NCBI GenBank assembly: GCA_030704615.1 | Contig: CM060733.1 | Coordinates: 26,040,001 to 26,104,000, forward strand | Direction: 5' to 3' | Length of the DNA stretch: 64,000 bases | Source: Takakia lepidozioides | Taxonomy: Eukaryota; Plantae; Bryophyta | The notes under the pieces: model-generated | The model's database searches: none | Told to the model about the DNA's origin: nothing | What the model saw: only the letters and a program-made list of their open reading frames with translations | Part shown: one piece after another, positions 24,404-37,400 of the stretch | Numbering within the stretch: position 1 is the first letter of the stretch | Layout of the letters: every line of letters begins with the position of its first letter | Program-made: the position numbers and the translations under genes

Positions 24404-27400
24404 CAATTCCCTTAATAAATTTGAAGAGAGCGTCTCTTTGGTAAGAGAACCCCGGACAGTGTATCAGAAAATGAATACTATCTTCAGATTGCCCACACAA
24501 CGGGCAATTGCACTCTCCCTTTCCTCTCTGCTTCAGTTTGCTGTTCAAAGGTAGGCTTCCTGCCCTGAGTTTAAATTTCAGTCTAGTGCCGAGAGTGGGT
24601 AGACCCTTGAGGTCATCCAAGATGTCCTCCCCCATGTCACAGACTGGAAACAAGTTCAGGGAAGTTTTCTGCCTAACTTCATTTTCATCAGACAATCTCA
24701 TGGCAACAGACATGGCTGAGGACACTACAGCCTCTAAGTCAGATTTATCCAGCAGGGTCAAGACTTGCGGATCCAAGTCCAGGTCCTTGAGGATCTCTTC
24801 TACTCTCTTCTGCCAGGACTTAGCCTGTTTGACAGGGCGGTCCTGTTTCCAAGATATAGAGTCGATTAACTTAGGATATCTGGTGTTGGGCATATGTTGC
24901 AGCTGACCCCACCATCTGACCTTGAATTCATCTTGTCGGGAGCTTAAGGACGGAATGCCAAACTCACCCCGAACAGCCACATTGGCTGTTTTGGAGCATG
25001 CTGACATACACTCCTTAAGCACCCCCACTTGAATGGATTCTAGAGACTTAGCCTGGTTGGAGTTATCAACCCATATAGCAGATCCGTACTCCAAGGCAGG
25101 TCTAATAACGCGACAAAGCATGGTTTTCTTAACCTCAGAGTTGACCCCTCTGCAGTGGAAAAATTTAGTGAGCCCCAGAGCTTTGCCCTTGCCAGTTTAA
25201 ACAACTTTCCGGATATGTGCATCCCATTACAATTGGAGGAGAACTCAACGCCCAGATAAGTGTAGGAAGGGAGGACCGGGATCTCTTGGCTACCCCACTG
25301 CCACTTAAGATCACTTCCTCCCTCTCCTCTGTCGTTGAATGCTACCACTGCACATTTGCTGACATTAGCCTCTAGCCCCCAAAGATCAAAGTATCTCTTC
25401 GCGCAATCAATCAACTCCTGGAGATTGGTTGGAGTCTCCCCTATGCCTGCGAAGTCATCCGCAAACATAAGAACTGGTATGGTGGTATCACCCACCCTTA
25501 ACCCAAATCCCTCACTTTCCACATCCTCGAGGAGTTGATTGATGAAAACATTGAAGAGCAGAGGGGACGGAGTACATCCTTGAGCTACACCTTGGTTGTC
25601 AAAGAAGTTGGACTTCTGTCCGTTAACAGTGACACAGCTTTTGGTGTGAGCATACAAGTTGCAGCACTCTTTATAGAGGGCTCGTCTCTCAGCTATCTTG
25701 AGTTTAATCTCATTGGTCCACCAATTAACTGCTCTACCGCAGACAATTAGTTTCCTCCCAATGATCTTGTCAGCCACGGAGGAAACGAAACTCTCCCAAG
25801 AGTCCACTGCTCTTTTGACTTCATTTCTTGCGTTAACAGAGCGTGACTGAAGTTCTTGGAGCGATTGGACAAAATGAGGGAGAGCCTCTTGCAAGGCCTG
25901 GACGTACTCAGCCTTGACCTCCTCATTGTGGAATTCTTCTATGCGCCACTTCCGAATCGAACGTTTCACAGATCTCTTGGTGGTGGGAAAACACCTTTTG
26001 ATCTCAGTCCAAACCAGGAAGTGGTCAGAGGTACCAATATCAGTTCTGTCGATCAACACATTGGCACACTGGGGGAACAAAATTTTGTCCATTATGATAT
26101 AGTCCACAATGGAATGTTCCCCAGTTTGGGATTTCTCACGAGTCCACTGCACTTGGTCACCACTTGTCCTGTTATTCAAGGTCAAAAGCTGAAGCTCTTC
26201 TAGACAGTTAATTAACCATCTGCCATTAGAATTCAGCTCGTCCTCACCAAAAGGTCCAATGATATCGTCCTGATGGATCCCTTTGCCCACCCAGGCATTG
26301 AAGTCCCCCAATAGTACCACCTGACCTTTGGCAAGGAACGAAGCACAGTCCAGCTTTACATCTTCGAAGGCCTTGTCTGCGTCAGCACTAAGGGTCCCCT
26401 CTGTGGGCATGTAAACACAACCAACAAAGAGGTCCTTTGTACTCATGCCGCCCTTCAAATTCAGTTTTAGCCAGATACTATGCTCGTACCTCAAACCCTT
26501 GTTGATAATTTCACAATTGTCAAACAAGAAATCACGGACAAAGAATCCGACCCCTTTTTGACCGCGTTTGGCAGAGGCTGCCTTGAGAGTACACATCTTA
26601 CCTGCCCATTTATAACCAATGACATCTCCAACCAGTTTATCCGACGTTTCCCATGTTTCTTGCCCAGCACAGATATGAATATCATTAGTCCGAAGAACTT
26701 GTCCCACTTCAAGTTGTTTCCTTTGGTTGGTCAACCCTGAGAAGTTGAAAGTGGCCAGCCGCAAGCCAGCCCTTTGCGTGTGAATTGTTTGTCGTCTAGG
26801 TAGCTTGTGATTGCTCCTGGACGGCCAACCGTTCTGCAAAGGGGGGACAGTTACCCCATGTGTAGATTTTGCTCGTCTTGTGTAAACTTTGAGAATTGGT
26901 AAACCATTCAGGGTACCAAATCTTTCAGTTACACGACGCACAGGCTCCGCACACATAGGGGCAGATTGTCCGTCAGACTGCTTGGGGACAATTACCCTGT
27001 GTATAGATTTTGCTCATCTTGTGTAGACTTTGAGGATTGGTAAACCATTCAGAGTACCAAATCCTTCAGTTACACGACGTTCAGGCTCTGCACACTTAGG
27101 GACAGACTGTCTATCTGACGGCTTGGGGACAATTACCCTGTGCATAGAATTTGTTCGTCTTGTGTAAACCTTGAGGATTGGTAAGCCATTCAGAGTACCA
27201 AATCCTTCAGATTCAGGACGTTCAGGTTCCGTACACTTAGGGGCATCTTGTCTTTCTGGCTGTTTGGATTCAACCTCATCCAGAGCATCAAACCGATTAG
27301 AAACTCTCAAGTTGAAGTTGTTGCCCTTGGTTGTCTTCCTAGAGCGCCCGTTTGAATCACCAATGTCTAAGACCGCTCTCCAGCCAGTCAAGGGACGAAC

Positions 27401-27632
27401 GTCTTTGAGATTGAATTGATGCGGGACTCTATTAGAAGCACTTTTGGTCATTGCAACCTTCAACGTACCCCTGTTATCAAGTCTCGAGATGGTACCATTA
27501 GCCATGAAATCCAAGCCTAAGCTAGAGCATGTAGTTTTAAAGGACACATCGTCCATCCTGGGATTCACCCCAAAAACTACACATGAAGCCCTAGATTTGG
27601 CATAAGCAACCAATTCCCAGGGATCACCCTGA
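24404..27632 (-). mobile_element. Non-LTR retrotransposon (APE + RT + C-terminal zinc knuckle; RTE/RTEX-like rather than L1), defective
   Basis: APE motifs ATFNFSGL, QETW, GDFNA, VDYI and SDH; RT motifs QGCTPSPLLF, FADD and YLG; CPLC..HFLIHC. In-frame TGA at 27014, a frameshift at ~25230, and the early RT subdomains are missing. Confidence 0.88.
26850..27250 (-). repeat. 141-bp (47-aa) tandem repeat, ~3 copies, in the LINE N-terminal region
   Basis: The FGTLNGLPILKVYTR-coding motif recurs at 26881, 27022 and 27163. Confidence 0.85.
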
Positions 27633-29510
27633 GGCATACATGTCCAGGAGGGTATTGTTCAGATTGACAGCTAGTACAATCCCAGCTTTGATGATGTCAC
27701 CATGGACCTTCCTACCCTTTTCCAGGGCTGCCAGGCCCGCACAAGCATTGCAAACACAAACAAATGTGACCCGGTTGGGCTTCACACCTTCCTGCATCAT
27801 TTGCTCATAAGTCTCCAAAGCCTCCATCCCACACCCATGCTGCACATATCCTGCAATCATCGAACTCCAGGACACTACATCTCGTTCAGCCATATTGTCA
27901 AACTCTCTCTTTGCACCTCTGATGGTGCTGCATTTGGCATACATGTCCACAAGGGTATTGTTCAGAATCAGATCTGGTACGATTCCAGCTTTGATGATGT
28001 CTTCATGGACCTCTTTGCCTTTTTCCAGGGCTGACAGGCTCGCGCATGCATTGCAAATGCAAGTGAATGTGACCCGGTTGGGCTTCACCCCTTCCTGCAT
28101 CATTTGCTCACAGGTCTCCAAAGCCTCCAACTCATATCCATGCTGGGCATATCCTGCAATCATTATATTCTAGGACACTACATCCCGTTCAGCCATATTC
28201 TCGAACACTCCCTTTGCATCTCCGATGCTGCCACATTTGGCATACATGTCCACGAGGGAAGTGTTCAGAATGACATCTGGTACAACTCCAGCTTTGATTA
28301 CATCACCATGGACCTTTGCCCTTTTCCAGGGCTGCCAGGCCCACACACGCATTGCAGACACACACAAATGTGATCCGATTGGGCTTCACTCCTTCCTGCA
28401 TCATTTGCTCATAGGTCTCCAAAGCCTCCATGCCACACCCATGCTGCACATATCCTGCAATCATCGAACTCCAGGACACTACATCTCGTTCAGCCATATT
28501 GTCAAACTCTCCCTTTGCACCTCTGATGGTGGTGTATGCTCCCGCATTAAACATACATGTTCACAAGGGTGTTCTGTAGAAAAACATTTGGTTTGAATCC
28601 ACTTTGGGTAATGTGAGAGTGCACCTGCTTTCCCATTTCCAGGCCTTTTATCTTGACGCACGCATGCAAGAGACAGACATAAGTATCTGTACCTGCTGAA
28701 ATGCTTCCTTGGTTCAAAATTTGAAGAGCCTCTTTCAGTTTCCCTGCCTCACATAGTGTCCTCATATACCTGGAATTTTCAGAAGAGGTCCTGTGGACTC
28801 CCTCTCTTGGTCCTCTTTTGGAGGCTGTGGTCATTGTGAGAGTGCCTGATTTTATCAATTGTGCCCCTACTGCTGCTTGCAGTTGACCATCTACTCATGC
28901 AGGTTTTTTGTAGCTATCAATAAGACGGCCTCCCAAAACCAAGAAGACCCTCCCAAGTACCTTGTAAACACCAAGAAAAACCCTTGCGCAATGCAATTTC
29001 ATGGCCTGTTTAGGAACAACAACCTATGATACAGACAGAGACAGCCACTTTTGCAGAACAGAAAACCTTTTTCACATCATGTAAGAAGAAAGAGAGGCGT
29101 CCTAGGGGTAAACCCTCTAAACCTTGATATGTAGGTTGTCCCACCATTGTGGAGGATAAATATGCTCACCTTTTTCCCTGGAATTCTCACTGGAGAACGC
29201 TCTCCTGGATGCGCCGTTTGAAGAAATGCCCTCCGCACAGTCGAGCTCTGCCAAACCTACCAGGCCTTATCAACCTATGTAGCCATTGCGCTCGCGCTCT
29301 CTCTCTCTCCTTTGAACATCAAACAGAAGCAGGGAGGAAAAGGGTCAGTCTCGACGAAGTACCGTTCAAGAAGTTATTTTCGGCTTTTTCGGGCAATCCG
29401 GGCAGATAGAAAGAAATTGACGACGTACGAAACGTGGCTACGACATGTGGCGACGACACGTGGCGACGATGATGTGGCACTATGGCACCCTATTCCTGCT
29501 CTACGCTAAA

Positions 29511-29586
29511 CTAGCTCTCGACCTTCGGTCGTCGCTAGAACTAGGGCTTCGCGTTGCTCTGCACTACTAGCAACGAATTCTGAGAA
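29511..29586 (-). mobile_element. HLE2 3'-end / TT / 5'-end junction
   Basis: Minus strand reads ...GCAGAGCAACGCGAAGCCCTAG|TT|CTAGCGACGACC-GAA-GGTCGAGAGCTAG. Confidence 0.75.
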
Positions 29587-30099
29587 CTATGTTCAATTTT
29601 TCACAAGAAAGGGGTGGGTCATCCCCACGATGTTACATGCAGAGATCCCGTGTTTTGTTTTTTTCTAGAAGAAAAATGACGGATCTACATTTCAACATTT
29701 AATTTTCACAAGCCGCATCAATCAATAACAACATACCCAAATACCCTTACATTCATTATATGAACTTTCACGCATCCACCATGGGATTGGATCTTGGTGG
29801 GTTAAGGCTAGCTTTTGACAATATTCATGCAAGTTCATCAAGGGCTCCATCCAAAGCCACACTACAAGAAACAAACGAACATGTCCAAATTTAAGATGCT
29901 GAACAAACTTGTGCATAGGGCTGCCCCTCTCATCAAGCTCATTAAAATTCGTATTCACTTTCATCTTCAAGCTTTGGAAAAGCTCCACCACCCAAACCCA
30001 GAATTAGGACATCACCAGAATCAGTAAAAAATCATCCCTTCAGTCAAGTGCAATTGTGGGCTGACTTAGGCGGGATGATACTGCAAAGGTGAGAATAAT

Positions 30100-30352
30100 G
30101 ATGAGGTCAGAGGGGTTAGAAAGGAGCCAGATCACAAGTTGCATCCCAAAATTAAGGAAATCCATGCTGAGCTGAGAAGATTGTCTGGGCAGATGAAGGA
30201 GGCGGGGTATGTGCCTGACACACGTTTTTTACTTCATGATGTGGAGGAAAGGAATTTTCTCTTTGCCACCACAGTGAGAAGCTGGCCATTGGTTTTGGGC
30301 TGATCAACACAACTCATCAAGAATCTTCGAGTGTGTGGAGACTACCACACCT
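30100..30352 (+). pseudogene. PPR DYW-domain remnant
   Basis: HPKIKEIHAELRRLSGQMKEAGYVPDTRFLLHDVEE..HHSEKLAIGFGL..KNLRVCGDYH, with frameshifts. Confidence 0.8.
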
Positions 30353-33300
30353 AATCTTCGACTTAGTAATTCCAGCCTCCACTGGGCTTCCACGCTGGTC
30401 TCTTAGAAATAGGGTTTCTCTACTTCCCATTTCACTACCCGCTTCATCTCTCTCCCTTCCTTCAAACTATTTTAGCTAGTTTGCCATGGTCTAGGGGATG
30501 TTCCCCCTCGGTGAGCCTTCATGGCCTCCCCGGTGGTTATTTTTTCCATCTTATGTGAACTCTTATTTATTTAATTTGACTAAAAGGGCCTCTGTCCCCT
30601 TTCTCTAGAAAATAAAATAAAAATAAAAATAAAAAAAATCCAGAGAAAGTACTGTACTTAAGTGTTTGCATTATTCCTGTTGTTTGATTAATTGAGTTTT
30701 GAGAACCAGCTTCAAATGGTCCGCTTTGGATACCGCTTTATTATACTGTCCACCAAAAAGGTCAAAACATGAGGGAGCTAATTTCAAGGTATGAGTCGTC
30801 AGCTATTGGAATATGTGGATTTTGAATGTATGACCTACTTGTGCAGGAATGTTGATCGGGAGCAAATTAGCTTATGATGCCAGTATCCCTACAGAAGATC
30901 CGTTCTGCTTTACAGAGCTTACTTTCCCTATCAAGCCAATGTACTAGAGGCAGGAGAATGTGGGAGTCCAAGAGGAAGACTGGGAGCACAAACTAGCTTG
31001 AGACGAACCTACAGTTAGGATATGCTAAACGGTCTATCATGGGAAGGCTCATGTTGTGGAAATCTCTTTAGACAGGATGCCCCTCCACCCCAAATAATGC
31101 CCAGATGAGAATTGGGCACTATCTAAGCAATGGTAACTATACCAAATCCCATTCCACTTTTTGAATAAGAACCATCTAAAGTGCGGTAGCAACTGTAATG
31201 TAGAGAGCAGAAATGAAGTAGGAACAAGGTTGGAGATTGAGAAGCTGAGAGAGTGGGTCAATGATACACAGTCAAAATCCACTCAAAATCAGTCAAAATC
31301 TACAAAAACTGTAAGATTCCCAGAGCTGACCTCTCTCTCACCGCACATGTGTTTTGGGATATCGGCAAGTATCTAAAACATGAAGGGAATCGCAAGACGA
31401 CTGTCAATATTGGTATTGGGTGATGGGCCGTGGCTGGAGATGTCACGGTAGTGTAATGCCAGCCTGAGGGTGGTGATTGCAAATTGGTGTGAAGATGGGA
31501 GCGACAGCTTCGTAAACTCAGAAATAGGAATTTGATCATCGTGATGCCAGTTTCAAATCCGCCATTTGTGAAGGATTGACAGGATATGCTTATGCACAGG
31601 CGCCCAAGTGCTCAGGCAAGAGTGATGAAGGTACATAGTAGGTAGCTGGAAGAGTTTATATTTTCACCAAGATTTATGGATGGTGGGTGCAGCCACGATC
31701 TGACCGCGCGGTACAGGGGCTCGCTACCGAAGGCGAAGGCTGCTCGGCTGCCATGGATCCGAGCGAGCGAGATTTATTCGGGATCCTGCACTTCAAGGCC
31801 GTCTTAGTAAGTCAACGTACGGCACCTCGTAAGGCCCTTGAGCTGGGGCTGGTTTTCCGCTAGGTATGCTCCCGGGCTCTCGCTGGCTGATTTTATTTTC
31901 GAATGATTGGGGGTGCTTGTTATTGTTTCCTCGATTTTTGTTGAGACTAAAGCTTGCATGGGAGCTCCCACGAGAGCTGGCTGATTTTATTTTCGAATGC
32001 AGATTGGGGGTGCTTGTTATTGTTTCCCTGATTTTTGTGAGGAGACTTAAGCACGGGAGCTCCCATGAGATGATGTACAAACTACAAGGGCGGTAGGGAC
32101 AGCAGTGCTAACATGGGCTTGTGGAAACATTCGAACGATACATGCAGAGAATGTAATGAACTCCAGGGTGAGGTCGGGATTCGGAAGGGTGGGTAGGGAC
32201 GGCAAAAGGGCCTTGGGCCCCAGCGTGCACCAATTTGCAGCTGCAGACATATATATCCACTTCTTTTAACATGAACGGATAGCTACTAGTGACCTGGATC
32301 CCCACTTTTAGCCCTGAAGTCGTCCATATACATATAGTCGATCGATAGCTAGCGTGACCGCTTCCCACTTTTCGAAAGATAAGCCAAATTTACTGGTTGC
32401 TCTGATTCCCTCCTGATACTGGGTTTTTATGATTGGAAGTATGAAATCACACCTTGCAGACCCACTCGAGATTCCTACCAATCATGAAGCGAAATATATT
32501 GACTGACCAGAGCGCAAATTTAACACAAAGTTAGTGCCATTGCGACCTATGAAGGTGGCCTATGGGTGTTCCACCTTTACGTCGCTGGACTGCTTCCATT
32601 CACCCTGAGGTTGTTTCAAGTTTCAACCCAGCAGCTTAGTGCTGAGAGATTCGTTCAACGGATTCCATCTGATCCCAGGGCCACTAATCCCACTTGCCTC
32701 AAGAAGCGGCGCCAGTTCCCTCGGCGAACACTCAGGCGGCGCAGCCCACATGTATGCCCACATGCAGCACAGAACCCAGCCCAAGTTCAAAGCTTGGTCC
32801 CAGCCGGAATCGTCCTCACTCGCTCCTGTTGTTAATACATTCGTTCTAAGCTAATTCCCCTCCTAGAGTCTACAGTACGGTGATGTTCAAGGATCAAATT
32901 GTGCAACGCCTGATGATCAAGCTGCATAATTCTAAAAAGTGCTGAATTACGTACAGATCACACTGAAACGACGAAAGTCAACTGATGATCAGCGGGTATC
33001 AACCCCCTCAGGATACCTTACTTTAGACTACATCCGAGGTCAACTATAATTCTCGGCTTTTTTTGTACTCTCACCTGTCCAGTTCAACCGAAGGTTTGAA
33101 GGGTTATTAATAATTATACGAGAGAAGACACCACATATGCTTTGCATGTTCAGCAATGGAGAATCGTGGCCGAAAAGCGAGTTTACCGGCATGGAAATGA
33201 TCACGTGAGGCGGTCAAACCAAAGATCAGACTCCACCATTCCGATTGTTTTATACGAAGTGTGACAGTTTAGAACCCGACTACTAATCCTGTTTTTTCCA

Positions 33301-34433
33301 TAATATGTTACGGTGTCGAATCTCCAGCTTGTCCTTTTCTGCATCAGTCTGCACAAGTGATGCAGCAGCACGTGATATGGTTTATGCTAGAGCATTGATT
33401 CGGAAACTACACTCATCTCATGCCCATCTACGTGTCTCATCCATCATGTGGGTAACCAGGGTTCGATGTGGGGTGGACGCTGCAAACAGCTCCCAGGGAA
33501 TTCAATTTGTAAATACCGAATGAGTGTGTGTGAAATGATCCAACAAGATGTAAGTTAACTCTGCCCTTCGGGCTGCTTTCGAAGTTGGTGCAGATCGCAT
33601 GAGTTCTGACATACAATCCACTTTGCGACTCTCACCTCTTTTATACAGTCTGGACTCTGCATCACAGACAAGACCACATGTTTGTAGTGTTTACCTGCTG
33701 CAAATGCCCTCGTGGAACACTCCCACTATGTTTGCAAGGCGCTTGCAAAGGTGCATGAACATGGCACACCATGTATCGTCAGATTCCAGAGATCCTTGTC
33801 GAGTGTCGAGTGTTGTCATTGGATTTTGTTTGAGGTCAAGTCCAGTGGGTGGAGTACATACGGGGAAGGTGGTCGTGGGTTCAAATTGAGACAGGTACGG
33901 AGAGAAGGCGGCAGTAATTAGGAAGCCTGTGCGGCCCCAACTCTGAGAATAGGAAAAGGCGTTGAAAAGGATAGTCGGAAAGGTCGGACACGTTGGCAGG
34001 AAGAGAGAAGTTAGGGGGAAAGGAAGGAGGGAAGGAAGGAGGGCGAGAAAAGATATTGCGCAGATGCTCCGCTGCGCGCGCTGCGGTCAGAGCAAGTAGC
34101 GATGGCTGCTCGCTATTCCTTCCCTTTATGTCTCTCCTCCACTCCCCTGCGCGTCGGTGTGAGGGTCTGGCCTCTGGCTCCGGCTGCACAACTATTGTTG
34201 CTTGCCCTCCGCGGCATAGAGATAGGCAGCTTCAGTTGTCTTCGACAGAGATAGGTGCCTGAGGGAGAGTGGGTCGCTGAAAGGGTGGATGGGTCTCTAA
34301 TCTAGCCTGTGATGGGATCCATGGACATTGAAATTTGCAATCTTTTCGTAAGCTTAGCTATTCTCTAACAAGACCAGAACAGCAAAAAGAACAAGAGAGG
34401 CAACCAGTATCTCGTTGTTCTAGATACGTGAAG

Positions 34434-37400
34434 ATGGTGTCTAATACTTCAACATGTATAAAGCCGATGGCGGCGACATCCAATGGGGTGTGGCAAGGAG
34501 ACAATCCCATTCACTTTGCTCTCCCGCTGCTTATAATTCAGATTGGGATAGTTCTCATCATAACCCGCACGCTCGCGCTCGTCTTGAAGCCTTTGAAACA
34601 GCCCCGTGTGATTGCAGAAATTATTGTAAGTTGCCAACATCCCTTTTCATTGGGAGAGATGGAGTGAGAACTGTGCAGTTTGAAAAGATTTTCTGTCCAA
34701 GGATTTTCTTGGGTACATGAGATTTTCTGAGAGTCAATGGAGTTGTTGTCGAACTCGACGCTGCTTTCACTCGATGTGGGAGCCTTTACTGTGTAGGATT
34801 GACTGGAAAGAACACAAGGTAATTGTGGAGAAGGTTGTCTGGCTAGCATCGCAATTGGTCTGGAAAGCCTTAAGCTATCAGATTTCCATCTCCAGCAAGT
34901 GTAGTCGTCTGATACGCAACTCTCGCATGAGTTAAATATGCCTTAAGAAACCTTCGATGTGAGTTGTAACAAGCTACCCAATGCTGGTGAACGTGTGGAT
35001 TGCAGGGTGGAGTCCTGCTGGGGCCCTCAGCTTTTGGCAGGGATGCATCGTACTTGTCGAAATTATTCCCAAAGCAGAGCATCACAGTGCTGGACACCTT
35101 CGCCGGTATGGGTCTTCTATTCTTCTTGTTCATGGTTGGGTTGGAGCTGGACATGAGGCAAATTCGCAAAACAGGAGGCCAAGCGATGGCCATTGCTGCT
35201 GCCGGAATTTCGTTGCCATTCGCGGCCGGAGCTGGTGTCTCATATGTACTCCACCAAACTATTGCCCCAGCAGGCAAATTTGGTCCCTTTTTGGTGTTCA
35301 TGGGGGTCGCCATGTCCATCACTGCTTTCCCGGTGCTGGCACGTATTCTGGCAGAGCGCAAGCTCTTGACCACGGAGGTGGGGCAGATGGCTATGTCAGC
35401 AGCAGCAGTGAATGACGTTGTGGCGTGGGTTTTGCTTGCGCTTGCCGTTGCACTGTCAGGTTCCAGTAAAAGCCCCAGCATTGTGGCGTGGGTGCTGCTG
35501 TGTGGGATTGGATTTGTACTTGTCATGTTTCTTGTGGTGGGGCCAATTATGGACTGGATCGCGAAGCACTCTCTGGATAACGAGCCTGTGAAGGAGGGGT
35601 TTGTCTGCTTCACACTGGCCGGGGTTTTGGTGGCAGGATTTTGCACGGATGCAATTGGAATCCACTCCATTTTTGGTGCATTTTTGTTTGGTCTGGTCAT
35701 TCCTAAGGATGGGCCGTTTGCTGGGATTCTTGTCGAGAAGTTGGAAGACTTTGTCACAATACTCATGCTACCCCTCTATTTTGCATCAAGCGGGTTGAAA
35801 ACTAACATTGGGAGCATCCATGGTGCACGATCTGGTGGCCTGCTGGTGTTGGTCATCACAGTGGCCTGCCTTGGCAAGATTACTGGCACATTCGTAGCTG
35901 CCAAGGCCACCAAAATAGACTTCCGCAAGTCACTAACATTGGGCGTGCTCATGAATACTAAAGGCTTGGTTGAACTCATTGTGCTCAACATTGGGAAGGA
36001 CCGTGGGGTAAGCTGCTCCTCCATAAAACTCACAAGATGTAAGGGAGCCGATATTTTTATGAATCTCAGGAGTGGTTGATTTGTTATTGTAGCCATCTAA
36101 ATGAGCAGCTTCTTTCAACAGGCGTGTGAGCTTGCAAAGTGTTTATGGAGTAAACTGAATTCATATCCTGGGTGGTGTAAATGTATGGCTGGTGTGGCAT
36201 CAGAATAAGGAATGGGGTAGAGTTTGGTCCTGAAAAATTCTGCTGCTCGAGTGGATGGCTAATTGCCAATGTTTCACTAGAAGATTTAGATATAAGTGAA
36301 GCAGGAGAGCATTTGACATAGATCAAAATTCTTGTGCTTTATGGAAACTTTCTGCTTTCTTGGAGGCAGTCCTCCAAACAGCAGGGTGGGGTGTTGGAGA
36401 ATCCTAACTATTGCCTTCTACTACCATCAATTGTGGCTGGACATAATATCAACTTCAAACCTTCTTAGTTGTGGATTTGCCATGTTAGAATGAAGCTCTA
36501 AAGTCTGGGGGGATGTCTACTGAGCAGGTTCTGAATGATGAGACCTTTGCAATCATGGTCCTCATGGCGCTCTTCACAACCTTCATCACAACGCCCCTAT
36601 TAATGGCGTTGTACAAGCCTGCCAGGACGCCCATACCCTATCTTCGGAGGAAGCTCGATATGGAGGACCCCAAGGATGACTTGCGCATTCTGACGTGCGT
36701 GCATGGGATGAAGAATGTCCCTACCATGATTAACCTCACTGAAGCCACCCGGGGTATGCGCAAGCGTGCTCTCCGCCTCTATATCCTGCATTTGGTGGAA
36801 CTCTCAGAGCGCTCATCATCTATCTTGATGGTGCAGCGCGCCCGACGAGATGGGCGCCCTTTCTTCAACCAAGGGAGGTCGGCTGAAAGCAGGGATCAAG
36901 TTGTTGTGGCATTTGAAGCATATGGACAGCTCAGCAAGGTGCGTTTTGATGCATTGCTCTAGATTTTGGACAAATGAGCTCAAGCCCAGATAATTGCCCA
37001 ACCGCTTAGGCATGCAGTGCATATTTTCTTACAATCAATCTGGTGGTGCTAAGGAAAAAATCATTGAGGCGCTAGAGAACAGAAACCAATTCACTCCTCT
37101 GAAATATTTATGTCTTGTGTCAGGTGACTGTACGTCCCATGACTGCCATCTCTGGATTTACCGACATGCATGAAGACATATGCGCGACTGCAGCTGATAA
37201 GCGCACAGCAATTATAATTCTGCCCTTCCACAAGTATCAAAGGCTTGATGGCTCCCTGGAGACCACGACTCCAGGTTTTCGGATGGTGAATCAGAAAGTT
37301 TTGGAGCATGCACCATGCTCCGTTGCCATTCTAGTGGACCGTGGTGTTGGAGGGTCCGCACAGGTGGCTTCCAGGAGTGTGGATCACAATGTCGCTGTGT

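Larger units (their letters stand above)
23900..28900 (-). pseudogene. PLS-class PPR pseudogene (copy A), interrupted by a LINE
   Basis: LCEAGKLKEALQIL N-terminus and repeated NTLVDMYAKCG..FDNMAERDVVSW..MIAGYAQHG..GVKPNRVTF triplets; frameshifts and stops. Confidence 0.88.
8568..29538 (-). mobile_element. Putative ~21-kb Helentron/Helitron2 (HLE2)-type rolling-circle element with cargo
   Basis: Perfect 11-bp inverted repeat CTAGCGACGAC (8594-8604) / GTCGTCGCTAG (29528-29538), placed asymmetrically; terminal hairpins; both ends abut TT on the minus strand; internal HLE2-type RepHel; all internal genes are on the minus strand. Confidence 0.65.

Noticed and set aside
33868-33892. B-box-like GGTCGTGGGTTCAAAT
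   Set aside because: No convincing A box or cloverleaf
34870-35766. 298-aa minus-strand ORF (also 20747-21370 plus and 54120-54590 minus)
   Set aside because: Antisense shadows of CHX, the RepHel repeats and CYP710
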